Positions 38,469 to 52,140 of a stretch of DNA of 64,000 bases are shown here, one piece after another. Source of the stretch: Candidatus Latescibacterota bacterium (GTDB taxonomy: Bacteria; Latescibacterota; UBA2968; UBA8231). The notes beneath the pieces are model-generated. The model worked only from the letters and a program-made list of their open reading frames with translations. It searched no databases and was not told where the DNA came from. A program made the position numbers and the translations under genes. How positions within the stretch are numbered: the stretch's first letter is position 1; every line of letters starts with the position of its first letter. The stretch covers positions 3,392,001 to 3,456,000 of the forward strand of contig OZ252098.1 in NCBI GenBank assembly GCA_965248355.1, in the 5' to 3' direction.

Positions 38469-41400
38469 ATGTCTCGAATGGAATTCGTCGCCGACATCCA
38501 CCTGCACTCGCGCTGGTCGCGGGCCACCAGCCGCGACTTGAACCCCGAGAGCATGCACAAGTGGTCGCAGCTGAAGGGGATCGGCGTCGTCGGCACGGCC
38601 GACTTCACCCACCCGGAGTGGCTGGCGGAGCTGAAGGAGAAGCTGGAGCCGGCGGAGGAGGGGCTCTTCCGCCTGCGGCCGAAGCTCGCCGCCGCCGTCG
38701 ACGGGCAGGTGCCGCCCTCGTGCCGGGGCGAGGTCCGCTTCCTGCTGACCGTGGAGATCAGCTCCATCTACAAGCGCGGCGGGCGCACCCGCAAGGTCCA
38801 CAACGTCGTCTGCCTGCCCGGCTTCGACGCCGTGGACGATCTCGACCGGCGGCTCTCGGCGATCGGCAACCTGGCCTCGGACGGACGCCCCATCCTCGGC
38901 CTCGACAGCCGCGACCTGCTGGAGATCTGCCTCGAGGTCGATCCCCGGGTGCTGTTCATCCCCGCCCACATCTGGACGCCCCACTTCGCCGTCCTCGGGG
39001 CGAGTTCCGGCTTCGACAGCCTTCAGGAGTGCTTCGACGACCTGCTCCCCCACATCTTCGCCGTCGAGACCGGCCTCTCCTCCGACCCGCCCATGAACAG
39101 CCGGCTGTCCGCCCTCGACCGCTACGCCGTGGTCTCCAACTCCGACGCCCACTCGCCCTCCCGCCTCGGGCGCGAGGCGACCTGCTTCGACACGGAGTTG
39201 TCCTACACCGGCATCCTCGAGGCGCTCCGGTCCCGCGACCCTTCGCGGTTCACCGGCACCATCGAGTTCTACCCCGAGGAGGGGAAGTACCACTACGACG
39301 GGCACCGCAAGTGCGGGGTCCGCTGGAAGCCGGCCGAGACGAGGGCCGCCGACGGTCTCTGCCCACGGTGCGGCCGCAAGCTCACGGTGGGGGTCCTGCA
39401 CCGCGTCGAGAATCTGGCCGACCGCGGCGAGGAGGAGAGGCCGCCCGTGGACCGGCCCTTCGAGTACCTCATCGCCCTCGACGAGGTGATCGGCTCCTGC
39501 ATCGGCGTGGGACCGAAGAGCAAGAGGGTGCAGGGCGTCTACCGGCACCTGCTCGAGCAGCTCGGCCCGGAGCTGCCGCTGCTGCGCGCCGCCGACCCGG
39601 AGCACATCGCCGCCTGCGGAGAGCCGCTGGTGGCCGAGGGCGTGCGCCGCATGCGCCAGGGCCGCGTGGCTATCGAGCCCGGTTACGACGGCGAGTACGG
39701 CGTGATTCAGGTCTTCACCGGCGAGGAGCGCCGGCGGCTGGAGGGCCAGGGCCGGCTGTTCAACCTGGCTCCGGAGGAGGCGAGTCCCGCCGCGCCGTCC
39801 GCTGCCGCGGCCGTCGACACCGGGGCGGTCGACGCGGCGGCTGCCGGAGCCCCGCCTGTGGACGCGGCGGCCGTGGACGCCGCCGACGTGGTGGAGCGCA
39901 TCGCCTCGGGGCCCGTCGAGGGAGAGTCGCGGGTCGACTCGCTGCTGGAGGCTGCGCAGGACATCGCCGCAGGCATGACCCTCGAGGGGCTTGACGACGA
40001 TCAGCAAGAGGCGGTGAGGGCCCCTGGCCCGGTGGCCGTGATCGCGGGACCCGGCTCCGGCAAGACGAGGACGCTGACGCGGCGGATCGCCTGGCTGGTC
40101 CGCGAGCAGTCCTGCCCGCCGGAGCGCATCGCCGCCGTCACCTTCACGCAGCGGGCGGCCCGGGAGATGGGGGAGCGCCTGGAGGACCTGCTGGGCGAGC
40201 AGGCCGGCGCCGTGCGCGTGGGCACCTTTCACCGGCTGGCCATCGGCTGGACCACCGGGCTCACCGGCGCCGATGCGCCGCTGGTGGTGGACGAGGCCGA
40301 GTCCCTCGGCCTGCTGCGCGACGTGCTCGCCCGGCCGGGGAAGGCCCCGGCGCCGGCCCGCCAGGTGCGGGAACGAATCTCGCGCTGGAAGGCGGATGGC
40401 CTGCGCCCCTCGGACCTGGCCGGCGAGCCGCTGGCCGCCGCCTACGGCGCCTACCAGGAGCGCCTGGACGCCTGTGGCGCCCGGGACTACGACGACCTCC
40501 TCCTCGACCTGCTGGAACTGCTGCGGGGAAGCGAGTCAGCGGCCCGCCAGGCCGCCGCCGGCCACGACCACCTGCTCGTCGACGAGTTCCAGGACGTCAA
40601 CGCCGTCCAGTACGAGCTGGTGAAGCGGCTGGCCGGCTCCGGCGAGGGTCTGTTCGTCATCGGCGACCCCGATCAGGCGATCTACGGGTTCCGGGGCGCC
40701 GACCCCGGGTTCTTCACCCGCCTGGGCCAGGACTTCCCCGCCATCTCCGTGCACCGGCTGGACCGCAACTACCGCAGCGACCCGGGCATCGTGGCCGCCT
40801 CCCGGGCGGTGATCGCCGGCGGCCGGCCAAGGGCCATCGGCGCCGAGGCCGCCGGGGATGGACCCGTCCCCTGCGTGCGTCTCGTCGAAGCCGGCAGCGA
40901 GCAGGCGGAGGGCATCGCCGTGGTTCACGCCGTGCAGGAGCTGGTGGGCGGCACCGACATGGTCGCCACCGACCGGGCCAGCGGGGTCTCCGAGCCCGGG
41001 AGCTACGCCTTCGACGACGTGGCCGTGCTCTTCCGCACCGGCCGCCAGGCCGCCGTGCTGGAGGAGTGCTTCCTCACCGAAGGCCTGCCGTACTCCATCT
41101 CCGGTCCGCGGCGGTTCCTCGAGGAGCGGGGAGCCCGGGACGCCGTCGCCTTCTTCCGCTACGCCCTGAAGCAGGAGCGGCCCCTGCGCATGCTGGAGGC
41201 CCTGCGCACCGGGCCCTTCGACGCCGGGGCCGCGGCCCTGGGGCGGTTGTCGGCGGCGATCGCCTCGCCGGAGGAGATGGAGGCCGCCGTGGGCGGGCTC
41301 TCCACCGGCGCCGCCGCCAAGGTGGAGGCCCTGCGCCGCGCCGCCGCCGGGTACGCCCGCCGCGCCGACGACGAGCCCCCCGACAAGGTGCTGCGCGTCT

Positions 41401-41873
41401 GGCAGGAGGACCTGGGCGTGGTGGCGACCCCCGCCTTCGAGCAACTGGTCGGCGTCGCCGCGGGAGCCGCCTCCATGGAGGAGCTGCTCGACACGCTCCT
41501 GCTGGGCCGCGAGGGCGACGTGACCCGCCGCGACGGCACGCCGACAACCCAGGCGGTGGCCCTGATGACGATGCATGCCGCCAAGGGCCTCGAGTTCCCG
41601 GTGGTGATTCTCTGCGGCCTGGAGGACGGGCTCGTGCCGCTGCGGGACGGGGACGGCGCCACCGACCTGGCAGAGGAGCGGCGCCTGCTGTTCGTGGCCC
41701 TCACCCGGGCCCGGGAGCGGCTGATCCTCACCCGGGCGCGGCACCGCACCATGCGCGGGCGGCTCCGCAGCCTGCCGCCGTCGCCGTTCCTGGCCGACCT
41801 GCCCCCGGAGCTGTGCGCCCGCGAGGACGCCGCCACCCCCCGGCGGAGCGCCGCCCAACTCGAGCTGTTCTAG
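38469..41873 (+). CDS. PHP-domain (EndoQ/TIGR00375-like) fused to UvrD/PcrA-like SF1 helicase
   Basis: DIHLHS, PAHIWTP, NSDAHS, CPRCG; AGPGSGKT, DEFQD, GDPDQAIYGFRG, TMHAAKGLEF, EERRLLFVALTRA. Confidence 0.92.
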   Translation: MSRMEFVADIHLHSRWSRATSRDLNPESMHKWSQLKGIGVVGTADFTHPEWLAELKEKLEPAEEGLFRLRPKLAAAVDGQVPPSCRGEVRFLLTVEISSIYKRGGRTRKVHNVVCLPGFDAVDDLDRRLSAIGNLASDGRPILGLDSRDLLEICLEVDPRVLFIPAHIWTPHFAVLGASSGFDSLQECFDDLLPHIFAVETGLSSDPPMNSRLSALDRYAVVSNSDAHSPSRLGREATCFDTELSYTGILEALRSRDPSRFTGTIEFYPEEGKYHYDGHRKCGVRWKPAETRAADGLCPRCGRKLTVGVLHRVENLADRGEEERPPVDRPFEYLIALDEVIGSCIGVGPKSKRVQGVYRHLLEQLGPELPLLRAADPEHIAACGEPLVAEGVRRMRQGRVAIEPGYDGEYGVIQVFTGEERRRLEGQGRLFNLAPEEASPAAPSAAAAVDTGAVDAAAAGAPPVDAAAVDAADVVERIASGPVEGESRVDSLLEAAQDIAAGMTLEGLDDDQQEAVRAPGPVAVIAGPGSGKTRTLTRRIAWLVREQSCPPERIAAVTFTQRAAREMGERLEDLLGEQAGAVRVGTFHRLAIGWTTGLTGADAPLVVDEAESLGLLRDVLARPGKAPAPARQVRERISRWKADGLRPSDLAGEPLAAAYGAYQERLDACGARDYDDLLLDLLELLRGSESAARQAAAGHDHLLVDEFQDVNAVQYELVKRLAGSGEGLFVIGDPDQAIYGFRGADPGFFTRLGQDFPAISVHRLDRNYRSDPGIVAASRAVIAGGRPRAIGAEAAGDGPVPCVRLVEAGSEQAEGIAVVHAVQELVGGTDMVATDRASGVSEPGSYAFDDVAVLFRTGRQAAVLEECFLTEGLPYSISGPRRFLEERGARDAVAFFRYALKQERPLRMLEALRTGPFDAGAAALGRLSAAIASPEEMEAAVGGLSTGAAAKVEALRRAAAGYARRADDEPPDKVLRVWQEDLGVVATPAFEQLVGVAAGAASMEELLDTLLLGREGDVTRRDGTPTTQAVALMTMHAAKGLEFPVVILCGLEDGLVPLRDGDGATDLAEERRLLFVALTRARERLILTRARHRTMRGRLRSLPPSPFLADLPPELCAREDAATPRRSAAQLELF

Positions 41874-41954
41874 ATAGAAGGAAGGATCTCCGGCGGTACC
41901 CTGGGTGCCGCCGGGGACGAATCTCGCGAAGGCCGTGCCGGCGGGACGCCGCGC

Positions 41955-42707
41955 TCAGCGGTACTGGTCCAGGTCCCCCCGGTACTCCAGGCCCAGCACC
42001 TCCATGCCGCGGCGACGGTTGCAGAAGGCGTCCGCCTCCTCGGCGCCGGCCATGTTCAGCACCTCGAGCTCCAGCCCCTCCCGCTCGACGGCGAGCCGGC
42101 AGGCCTGGGCCAGGTCGTGGCGGCAGACCCAGCCGGTGCTCCAGCGGCCGCGCAGGTCGTAGCGGGACTTCCCGATCCCCAGGCGGCTGTCGACGATGTA
42201 GCACGGCCGCAGCACGACGATGGACAGCCCGAAGGCCTCGTGCATCTGCCGGCACATCTCCTCCTGCAGCCGCTTGTGGACGGCGTAGAGGCTGCCGTCG
42301 GGCCGGCGCACCTCGCTGTCGAAGAACACGCCCCGCGGGTGCTCCACGTGGCAGGAGCCGATGTGGACCACGCGGCCCACCTCGAGCAGCCGCGAGGCCT
42401 CCAGCACGTTGAACAGGCCCTTCAGGTTGACCAGGTACGACCGGTCGTCGCCGTAGCCGTCCTCGGTGCGGGAGCTGTACACGGCCGTGTGGATGATGGC
42501 GTCCGAGCCCTCGACGGCGGCGTGGACGGCCTCGTAGTCGCAGATGTCGGCGTGAACGGTCTCGCCATCCCAGTCGCCGTCGATGTCCCGCAAGTTGTCC
42601 CAGGCGCCGGGACCGTGGTCGACGGCGCGCACTTGGTGGCGGTCCTTCAGGTTGGCCAGGATGGCGCGGCCGGCCCAGCCGGCGGCGCCGAAGACGGTGA
42701 CCTTCAT
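41955..42707 (-). CDS. NAD-dependent epimerase/dehydratase
   Basis: GAAGWAG, YAVHK. Confidence 0.85.
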   Translation of the reverse strand: MKVTVFGAAGWAGRAILANLKDRHQVRAVDHGPGAWDNLRDIDGDWDGETVHADICDYEAVHAAVEGSDAIIHTAVYSSRTEDGYGDDRSYLVNLKGLFNVLEASRLLEVGRVVHIGSCHVEHPRGVFFDSEVRRPDGSLYAVHKRLQEEMCRQMHEAFGLSIVVLRPCYIVDSRLGIGKSRYDLRGRWSTGWVCRHDLAQACRLAVEREGLELEVLNMAGAEEADAFCNRRRGMEVLGLEYRGDLDQYR

Positions 42708-42943
42708 CGATTCTCCTCCCGCAGCCACTGCCAGAACTGTTTCCACGTGCCGCCGAGGGGGTGGGCGTCGTGGACTCGGTGGACCTGGTGATGCTCGGCC
42801 TCCGACCGGGCGAGGATGTCGTCGAAGGTCCGCCCCCGCGCCCGGCGCAGGAACATGAGGACGAGCAGGGCGAGGATGGCGTAGAGGGCGATCCCGAAAC
42901 CGAACATGCGGCCAAAGCTGCGGCCGGAGCCGCCGGCTGGCAA
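42704..42943 (-). CDS. Small membrane protein
   Basis: One TM segment; stop overlaps the epimerase start. Confidence 0.5.
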   Translation of the reverse strand: MPAGGSGRSFGRMFGFGIALYAILALLVLMFLRRARGRTFDDILARSEAEHHQVHRVHDAHPLGGTWKQFWQWLREENR

Positions 42944-43203
42944 GCCGCTCCCCCGTGCCGGGGTCCGGCCTCGGGCCGCCGGGCGCCAAAGGGCCGTCAG
43001 ACCCGCCCCAGGTGTCCGCCGGTGGACACTTCTGTATCGCCAGCGACCATCCGCCCGCCATGCGAGAATCCTTCCGGGTGCCGCAACTGCATGTCGGAGA
43101 GGGAGTACCGCCTGGTGGCGCGGTTGTTGCTACCCTGGATGGAGCCGGCCGTCCGCTCACGGGCACCGCCCCGGCCGGACCACGAACCGGAAGAGAGGAA
43201 CCA

Positions 43204-45573
43204 TTGCTGGCTCACTACCTGACGACGGCCCTGCGCCTGCTGTGGAGGGAGCGCGGGTACGCGGCGATCAACGTCTTCGGTCTCGCCATCGGCTTTTCCC
43301 TGTGCCTGCTGATCGTCCAGTTCACCACCTATCAGCTGGCCGTGGGCGACTACCACGACAACGCGGATCGCGTCTACCGGCTCCTGGGACCCGGGTGGCG
43401 GGGCTCAGGGTTCACCACGAGTGTGCCGGTCCGCATGGGCCCGACCCTCGAGGAGCAACTGCCCCAGGTGGAGAAGGCGGTCCGCTTCCGCGAGGTCGGG
43501 CCGACGCAGCTCCGGGTCGGGGCCAAGGAGGGGCTTTCCGGCGACGTGATGACCGCGGAGGCCGGCGTCCTCGAGGTCTTCGGCTTCCCCCTCCTGCGCG
43601 GAGACCCGGAGACGGCCCTGACGCGCCCCTACACCATGGTCCTCACCGAGCCCCTGGCCCGCCGCCTCTTCGGCGAGAGCGACCCAATGGGACAGGTCGT
43701 CCGCGTCGACGAGAAGTTCGACTACGAGGTCACGGGCATCGTGAGCCAGCCGCCCTCCAGCTCCCTGCTGCAGTTCTCGGCGCTGCTCTCCTTTGCAACC
43801 CTGTACGAGGAGAACCGGGCCATGATGGAGTCGAAGGGCGTCAAGGCCTTCATCACCTTCGTTCAGCTGACCCCCGGCGCCGACCCGGCGGCGGTCGCCG
43901 CGCGCCTGCCCGCCATGGCCGAGGAGCTCATGGGCAGACCCGACGCGGAGGGTGCCTTGTACAAGCTCCAGCCTCTGAAGTCGATCGCCTTCGACTCGGA
44001 GGTGCCCAACAGCCTCGGTCCGAGCGGCAATCCCCTGTACCTGGCGGTCTGCGCCGCCCTGGCGGCGGTGATCCTGATCATCGCGGGCGTCAACTATGTG
44101 AACCTGTCCACGGCGCGAGCCGACCGGCGGACCCACGAGATCGGCGTGCGCAAGGCCCTCGGCGCCCACCGCGGACAGCTCATCCGCCAGCTCCTGAGCG
44201 AGTCGGTGGTGCTCAGCGCCGGGGCCACGATCCTCGGCGCGGCACTGGCAGAGATCCTGATCCGCCTCCCCGCCCTGATCACGGGAATGGACATCGAGCT
44301 GCCCTTCATGCGCTGGACCCTCCCCGCCTGCGCCGGGGCCGCGGCCCTGGCCCTCGGGGTCGGACTGGCGGCCGGCGCCTACCCCGCCTGGGTCGTGGCC
44401 CGCTTCCAGCCGGACGCCGTGGTGCGCCGAGGCCGCGGCGGCCGAGGCGGCGGCGCCCGCCTGCGCCAGGTCCTCGTGGTGGGCCAGTTCACGGTCACCG
44501 CGGCGCTGATGACGATGACCCTGCTCATCTGGAACCAGGTCGACTACATCCAGGATCTGCTCCGCCGCGACTCCTCCATGGGGTTCGAGCCGGAGCAGGT
44601 GATGGTCATCCACAACCGCGGGCTGTCCCTGGAGCAGGCCCGGATCCTCAAGTCCGAGCTGCTCCAGGACAGCCGCGTCGCCCTGGTGAGCCTCTCCGAG
44701 ACGCTGCCCGGCACGCTCAGCAAGGCGTGGTACGAGGTGGAGGGGGAGGACGCGGGCAAGGTGCAGGTGAGGACCTATGGAGTGGACGGCGACTTCTTCG
44801 GGATGATGGGCCTGCGCATGAGCCGTGGCCGCGCCCTCACCGACGAGCCCTCCGACGACCGGGCGGCCGTCATCAACGAGACCGCCGTGCGCAGGATGGG
44901 CTGGGAGGATCCCCTGGGCAAGACGATCACCGGCTACCAGGGCCTGGATCTGCGCGTCGTGGGCGTCGTCGAGGACTTCCACTTCGACGGGCCCCACAAG
45001 AAGGTGGAGCCCCTGCTCATGGCGCCCGTCTCCAACGTCGGCGCCATCCCCGTGCGCGCGCGCCCCGGGCACCTCGACGAGGTCAACGGGTTGATCGACG
45101 AGAAGTGGGCCTCCCTCTCCCCCCACCGGCCCATCCAGCGCCAGCCCCTCGAAGAGGTCTTCGCCGGCCTCTACATGGAGGAGCTGCTCATGGGCCGCGC
45201 CCTCACGGTCTTCCTGTCCTTCGCCATCGCCGTGGCCTTGGTGGGGCTCTTCGGCATGGCCGCCCACTCCGCCCGGAACCGCACCCGCGAGATCGGCGTG
45301 CGCAAGGTCTTCGGCGCCTCCACCGCCGGCCTCACGGCCATGATGCTGCGGGACTTCGCCAGGCCCGTGAGCCTCGCCCTCCTCCTCAGCGTCCCCATCG
45401 CCTGGTGGCTCGCCGGCCTGTGGCTGCAGAACTACACCTACCACGTGGAGGTCGGCGCCGGCCTGTTCCTGACGTCGGCCGCTCTCTCCTTCCTGGTCGC
45501 CGGCCTGACCGTGGGCCACCAGGCGATCCGGGCGGCCCTGACCAACCCCGTGGAGACGCTGCGCTCCGAGTAG
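43204..45573 (+). CDS. MacB/FtsX-type ABC permease 1
   Basis: INVFGLAIG, EIGVRKALGA, EIGVRKVFGAS, NPVETLRSE. Confidence 0.92.
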   Translation: MLAHYLTTALRLLWRERGYAAINVFGLAIGFSLCLLIVQFTTYQLAVGDYHDNADRVYRLLGPGWRGSGFTTSVPVRMGPTLEEQLPQVEKAVRFREVGPTQLRVGAKEGLSGDVMTAEAGVLEVFGFPLLRGDPETALTRPYTMVLTEPLARRLFGESDPMGQVVRVDEKFDYEVTGIVSQPPSSSLLQFSALLSFATLYEENRAMMESKGVKAFITFVQLTPGADPAAVAARLPAMAEELMGRPDAEGALYKLQPLKSIAFDSEVPNSLGPSGNPLYLAVCAALAAVILIIAGVNYVNLSTARADRRTHEIGVRKALGAHRGQLIRQLLSESVVLSAGATILGAALAEILIRLPALITGMDIELPFMRWTLPACAGAAALALGVGLAAGAYPAWVVARFQPDAVVRRGRGGRGGGARLRQVLVVGQFTVTAALMTMTLLIWNQVDYIQDLLRRDSSMGFEPEQVMVIHNRGLSLEQARILKSELLQDSRVALVSLSETLPGTLSKAWYEVEGEDAGKVQVRTYGVDGDFFGMMGLRMSRGRALTDEPSDDRAAVINETAVRRMGWEDPLGKTITGYQGLDLRVVGVVEDFHFDGPHKKVEPLLMAPVSNVGAIPVRARPGHLDEVNGLIDEKWASLSPHRPIQRQPLEEVFAGLYMEELLMGRALTVFLSFAIAVALVGLFGMAAHSARNRTREIGVRKVFGASTAGLTAMMLRDFARPVSLALLLSVPIAWWLAGLWLQNYTYHVEVGAGLFLTSAALSFLVAGLTVGHQAIRAALTNPVETLRSE

Positions 45574-45608
45574 CGGCGAACGGGATCCCGCCAGACGAAA
45601 GGATCGGC

Positions 45609-48232
<2,624 letters not shown>

Positions 48233-48251
48233 CCGCAAAAGGAGACATGCC

Positions 48252-48926
48252 ATGATCGAGATGCACGATATCGAGAAGTACCACCAGACGGGTTCCCTCA
48301 AGACCTACGTCCTGCGCCACGTGCACCTGAAGGTGGAGAAGGGCGAGTTCGTCTCCATCATGGGGCCGAGCGGCGCCGGCAAGTCGACGCTGCTCCACAT
48401 CATGGGCATGCTCGACGAGCCGACGGCCGGCACCTACCGGTTCCTCGGCCAGGAGGTGAGCGGCATGGGGGAGAAGGACCGCACCGAGGTGCACCGCCGG
48501 CACATCGGCTTTGTCTTCCAGGCCTACCACCTCATCGACGAGCAGACGGTCTACGAGAACCTGGAGATGCCCCTCCTCTACCAGAAGGTGAAGGGCTCCG
48601 AGCGCAAGGCGCGGGTGAGCGAGTTGCTCGACCGCTTCCAGATGGTGGCCAAGAGAGACCTCTTCCCGCACCAACTCTCCGGCGGCGAGCAGCAGCGCGT
48701 CGGCGTCGCCCGGGCCCTCATCGGCCAGCCGAGCCTGATTCTGGCCGACGAGCCCACGGGCAACCTCAACTCCCGGCAGGGAGAGGAGGTGATGGCCATG
48801 CTGCGGGAGCTGAACGACGAGGGCACGACGATCGTGCAGGTGACCCACTCGGAGAAGAACGCCGGCTACGGCAGCCGCGTGGTGCACCTGCTCGACGGCA
48901 AGGTACGGCAGGAGGGAAGCCCGTAA
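48252..48926 (+). CDS. ABC transporter ATP-binding protein (LolD/MacB-like)
   Basis: [28 protein letters not shown]. Confidence 0.95.
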   Translation: MIEMHDIEKYHQTGSLKTYVLRHVHLKVEKGEFVSIMGPSGAGKSTLLHIMGMLDEPTAGTYRFLGQEVSGMGEKDRTEVHRRHIGFVFQAYHLIDEQTVYENLEMPLLYQKVKGSERKARVSELLDRFQMVAKRDLFPHQLSGGEQQRVGVARALIGQPSLILADEPTGNLNSRQGEEVMAMLRELNDEGTTIVQVTHSEKNAGYGSRVVHLLDGKVRQEGSP

Positions 48927-48928
48927 CC

Positions 48929-51232
48929 GTGTGGCGCAACAATCTGATCGTCGCCTGGCGCAATTTGCGTCGCTATCGGATGTACACCGCGATCAACGTG
49001 GCCGGGCTGGCCGCGGCCTTCGCAGTGGCCATTTTCGTCGGGCTGAGTGTGCATAGTGCGCTGACGTGGGACCGCTTCCACGCCAAGGGCGAGCAGATCT
49101 ACCAAGTCTGCATGACGCATCCGATCTGGGAAGGGGAGGCCACTACGAGCACGCCGGAAGGCCTGGGCCCGGAGATGGTGGCCACACTCCCCGCTGTGCT
49201 GCGCTCGGTACGTACGCGGCATACATCCGGGCTGCTGCTCTACGGGGATCAGATGACAGAGGCGATGGGACGGTTCGCCGACCCCGGCTTCTTCGAGCTC
49301 TTCAGCTTCCCGCTGATCGCGGGCGATCCAAGGACGGTCCTCGACGGGCCGAACTCGATCGTGTTGTCGAGGCGGCTGGCACAGCGGCTGTTCGGCTCCG
49401 ACGACCCTATGGGCCAGACCCTGCAAGTAGTGGACCGGGGTATCCGCGGAGACTTCGTCGTCACCGGGGTCGCCGCCGATGTGCCGTACGAGTCCAGCCT
49501 GAAGTTCGACTGGGTGATCCCCACTCCGGGGCGCGGCGGAGGCGAGACCTACCTGCAGATCGCCGATGCCGCGGGCGTGGAGGCGGCTCTGGCCTTCGAC
49601 CCGGACCGGTACTGGGAGGGTTTTGAACTCGTCATCGTGCCGCTGTTCGACAAGCGGCTGCACCCCCAACTCAGTAGGGGGCAAGCGATGATGGAGTCGC
49701 TCTACCGCAACGGGTTCGTCGCTTGCCTCGTGCTGCTGCTGGCGTGCATCAACTACGCAAATCTGGCCGTGGGCATGTCGCTGACGAGGGCGCGCGAAGT
49801 GGGTCTGCGCAAGGTGGTCGGTGCCGGACGGGGACAACTGATGCGCCAGTACTTCGCCGAGTCCCTGCTGCTCAGCTTCGCCGCCCTGGCGCTCGCCGTG
49901 CCGCTGACGGGGATCTTTCTGCCGGGCCTGAATCGTCTGCTGATGGTGCCTGGATCGTTCGGATCGAGCCTCGACCTGCAGTTCACGCCGTGGACGGTGA
50001 TGGCCCTGGCCGGGGTCGGCGTGGTCATGGGGCTCGTGGCGGGCGCGTACCCGGCTCTGGTGCAGTCGCGGATGCAGCCCGTGGAGATCATGCAGGACAG
50101 GGTCCAGGTGCGAAGCCGTGCCAGCCGCATCCTGGTAGTCGTTCAGTTCGCGGCCTCCACGGTGTTCCTGACCACGGCCCTCGTCATGGACCGGCAGGTC
50201 GATCATTGGCTATCCCTGGATCAGGGCTACGACCCGCAACTCGTGGTCTGCATCCCGACGTTTGCGGGCTCCTCGAAAGAGGAAGGCGTGCATGAGTCGC
50301 GGCGCCTCCTCGAGATTTTCCGCCGGGAGGTCCTCCCCCTTTCGGGTGTGCTCTCCGTTTCCGGCTCCGAACAGTTCCCCGACAAAGTCAGTGACTTTCG
50401 CTTCGACGACCGGGAACGAGCGGATGTCTCGCTGATTGAGGCAGATCCGCACTTCCTGCGCACCCTCGGCCTGGAAGTGGTCGAGGGTGAGGACTTCCCC
50501 CCGGACCTGCTGGCCACCGGTCGTGTAGCGCTCGTAAACCAGCAGCTGGCGGCCACGCTGGAGGGGCCGGTTGTCGGCTCCTATCTCGAAGGGGGCCATC
50601 GGCCGCGGATTGTTGGCGTGGTCTCCGACTTCCAGCACGACGATCCGTTCGTCTTCGTGCCGGAACTCGTACTCAGCGTCCGGCCGGAGCGTCGCATTGG
50701 GACGGTGCTGGTGCGGGTTCGGCCCGAGGAGGTGCCCGAGACACTCGGCCAACTGCGCGAGGCTTGGGAACGGCTGTCGCCTGGGGTGCCCTTCAGCTAT
50801 CGCTTTCTCGAAGATCATATCGCCGAGCGTTTCTCTTTCCACGCCCGCATCATCAGCATGCTGCGCTGGGTGACCGGATTCCTTGTGCTGATCGCCTGTC
50901 TCGGCGTCTTCGGCATGGCCTCCCTCGCGGTCAGCCGGCGCACAAGAGAGGTGGGCGTGCGCAAGGTCCTCGGCGCCTCGACGGCGAGCGTGGCCGTGCT
51001 GCTGTCGTCGCAGTCCACGCGGCTTGTCCTGATCGCCGTTGTCATCGCCACGCCCCTGGCCTTCCAGCTCTCGGAGCACTTCCTCGCCACCGCCGTGAAC
51101 CGCATCGAGCTCGACCTGCTCAGCTACTCGGCCGGCGGCCTGATCACCCTGGGCCTGACGTGGCTGGTGACCGCATACCACGCGGTCCGGACGGCGCTGG
51201 TCAACCCGGTGGACTCGCTGCGCAGTGAGTAG
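48929..51232 (+). CDS. MacB/FtsX-type ABC permease 3
   Basis: INVAGLA, EVGLRKVVGA, NPVDSLRSE. Confidence 0.92.
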   Translation: MWRNNLIVAWRNLRRYRMYTAINVAGLAAAFAVAIFVGLSVHSALTWDRFHAKGEQIYQVCMTHPIWEGEATTSTPEGLGPEMVATLPAVLRSVRTRHTSGLLLYGDQMTEAMGRFADPGFFELFSFPLIAGDPRTVLDGPNSIVLSRRLAQRLFGSDDPMGQTLQVVDRGIRGDFVVTGVAADVPYESSLKFDWVIPTPGRGGGETYLQIADAAGVEAALAFDPDRYWEGFELVIVPLFDKRLHPQLSRGQAMMESLYRNGFVACLVLLLACINYANLAVGMSLTRAREVGLRKVVGAGRGQLMRQYFAESLLLSFAALALAVPLTGIFLPGLNRLLMVPGSFGSSLDLQFTPWTVMALAGVGVVMGLVAGAYPALVQSRMQPVEIMQDRVQVRSRASRILVVVQFAASTVFLTTALVMDRQVDHWLSLDQGYDPQLVVCIPTFAGSSKEEGVHESRRLLEIFRREVLPLSGVLSVSGSEQFPDKVSDFRFDDRERADVSLIEADPHFLRTLGLEVVEGEDFPPDLLATGRVALVNQQLAATLEGPVVGSYLEGGHRPRIVGVVSDFQHDDPFVFVPELVLSVRPERRIGTVLVRVRPEEVPETLGQLREAWERLSPGVPFSYRFLEDHIAERFSFHARIISMLRWVTGFLVLIACLGVFGMASLAVSRRTREVGVRKVLGASTASVAVLLSSQSTRLVLIAVVIATPLAFQLSEHFLATAVNRIELDLLSYSAGGLITLGLTWLVTAYHAVRTALVNPVDSLRSE

Positions 51233-51268
51233 ACAAATGGCGCCGTCGCCACCAGAGGAGTTCAGGAC

Positions 51269-52135
51269 ATGAAGAAGAGTCATCTTGCATGCAGCATCCC
51301 GGCATCGCTGCTGTTGCTCGCCGGGCTGCCGGCCGCGGCGGCCGATTCGACGGGACTCTCCTATGAGGTCCGCTTCACCGAGGAGGAGATGACCCTGGAC
51401 GGCCATGGCCACGAAAGCAGTTGGGCCCTGGCTCCGGTCATCGAGCTGACCGACCGGCACTACACCAGCCTGATGCCGATCGACTCCGTGAGCACGCGGG
51501 TGAAGGCCCTGTGGAACGACAAGGGGTTGATGGTCCTGTACCACTGCCTGGACGCCGACATCCAGGCCGAGGTCACCGAACGGGACGGGCCCGTGTACAC
51601 CGACGACGCCGTGGAACTGTTCCTCGACCCGGACATGGACGGCGCCCACTACCTCCAGGTGGCGGTCAATCTCCGAAGCACGAAGAGGGACGTTCTCATC
51701 CCCGAGGCGGGCGGCACAACCCTCGCTTCCGGCTGGGATTCCGGTCTCATGAGCGCCGTCTACGCGGAGGGCACCCTCACGGATCGGTCGGACCGGGACG
51801 AGTGGTGGACGATGGAACTGTTCCTTCCCTGGAGCGGCCTGGACAGGAAAGCCCTGGAGTTGAACTGGGAGAGCGATGACGTCACCTACGAGGTGAACGC
51901 GAGGGACGTGCTGGGCGAACAGGCGGTTCCGCCCCGGGCCGGCGACAGGTGGAAGGCCAACTTCAATCGCTTCGACCAGGGCCGGGGCGTGAGGAAGACC
52001 CTGGTCGATGAAGAAGGAGGCATCATCGGCTACAAGGACGGGGATGTCGCCAGCGGGTGGGGGGTCTCTCCCACCTCGGGTTCCTTCCACGAACCGTCGT
52101 ACTGGGGCGTACTGGTATTCGTCAGAGAGGAGTAG
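51269..52135 (+). CDS. Secreted carbohydrate-binding family 9-like (DOMON) protein
   Basis: Signal peptide, DDAVELFLDP, WTMELFLPW, WKANFNR, FHEPSYWG. Confidence 0.8.
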   Translation: MKKSHLACSIPASLLLLAGLPAAAADSTGLSYEVRFTEEEMTLDGHGHESSWALAPVIELTDRHYTSLMPIDSVSTRVKALWNDKGLMVLYHCLDADIQAEVTERDGPVYTDDAVELFLDPDMDGAHYLQVAVNLRSTKRDVLIPEAGGTTLASGWDSGLMSAVYAEGTLTDRSDRDEWWTMELFLPWSGLDRKALELNWESDDVTYEVNARDVLGEQAVPPRAGDRWKANFNRFDQGRGVRKTLVDEEGGIIGYKDGDVASGWGVSPTSGSFHEPSYWGVLVFVREE

Positions 52136-52140
52136 GAACC

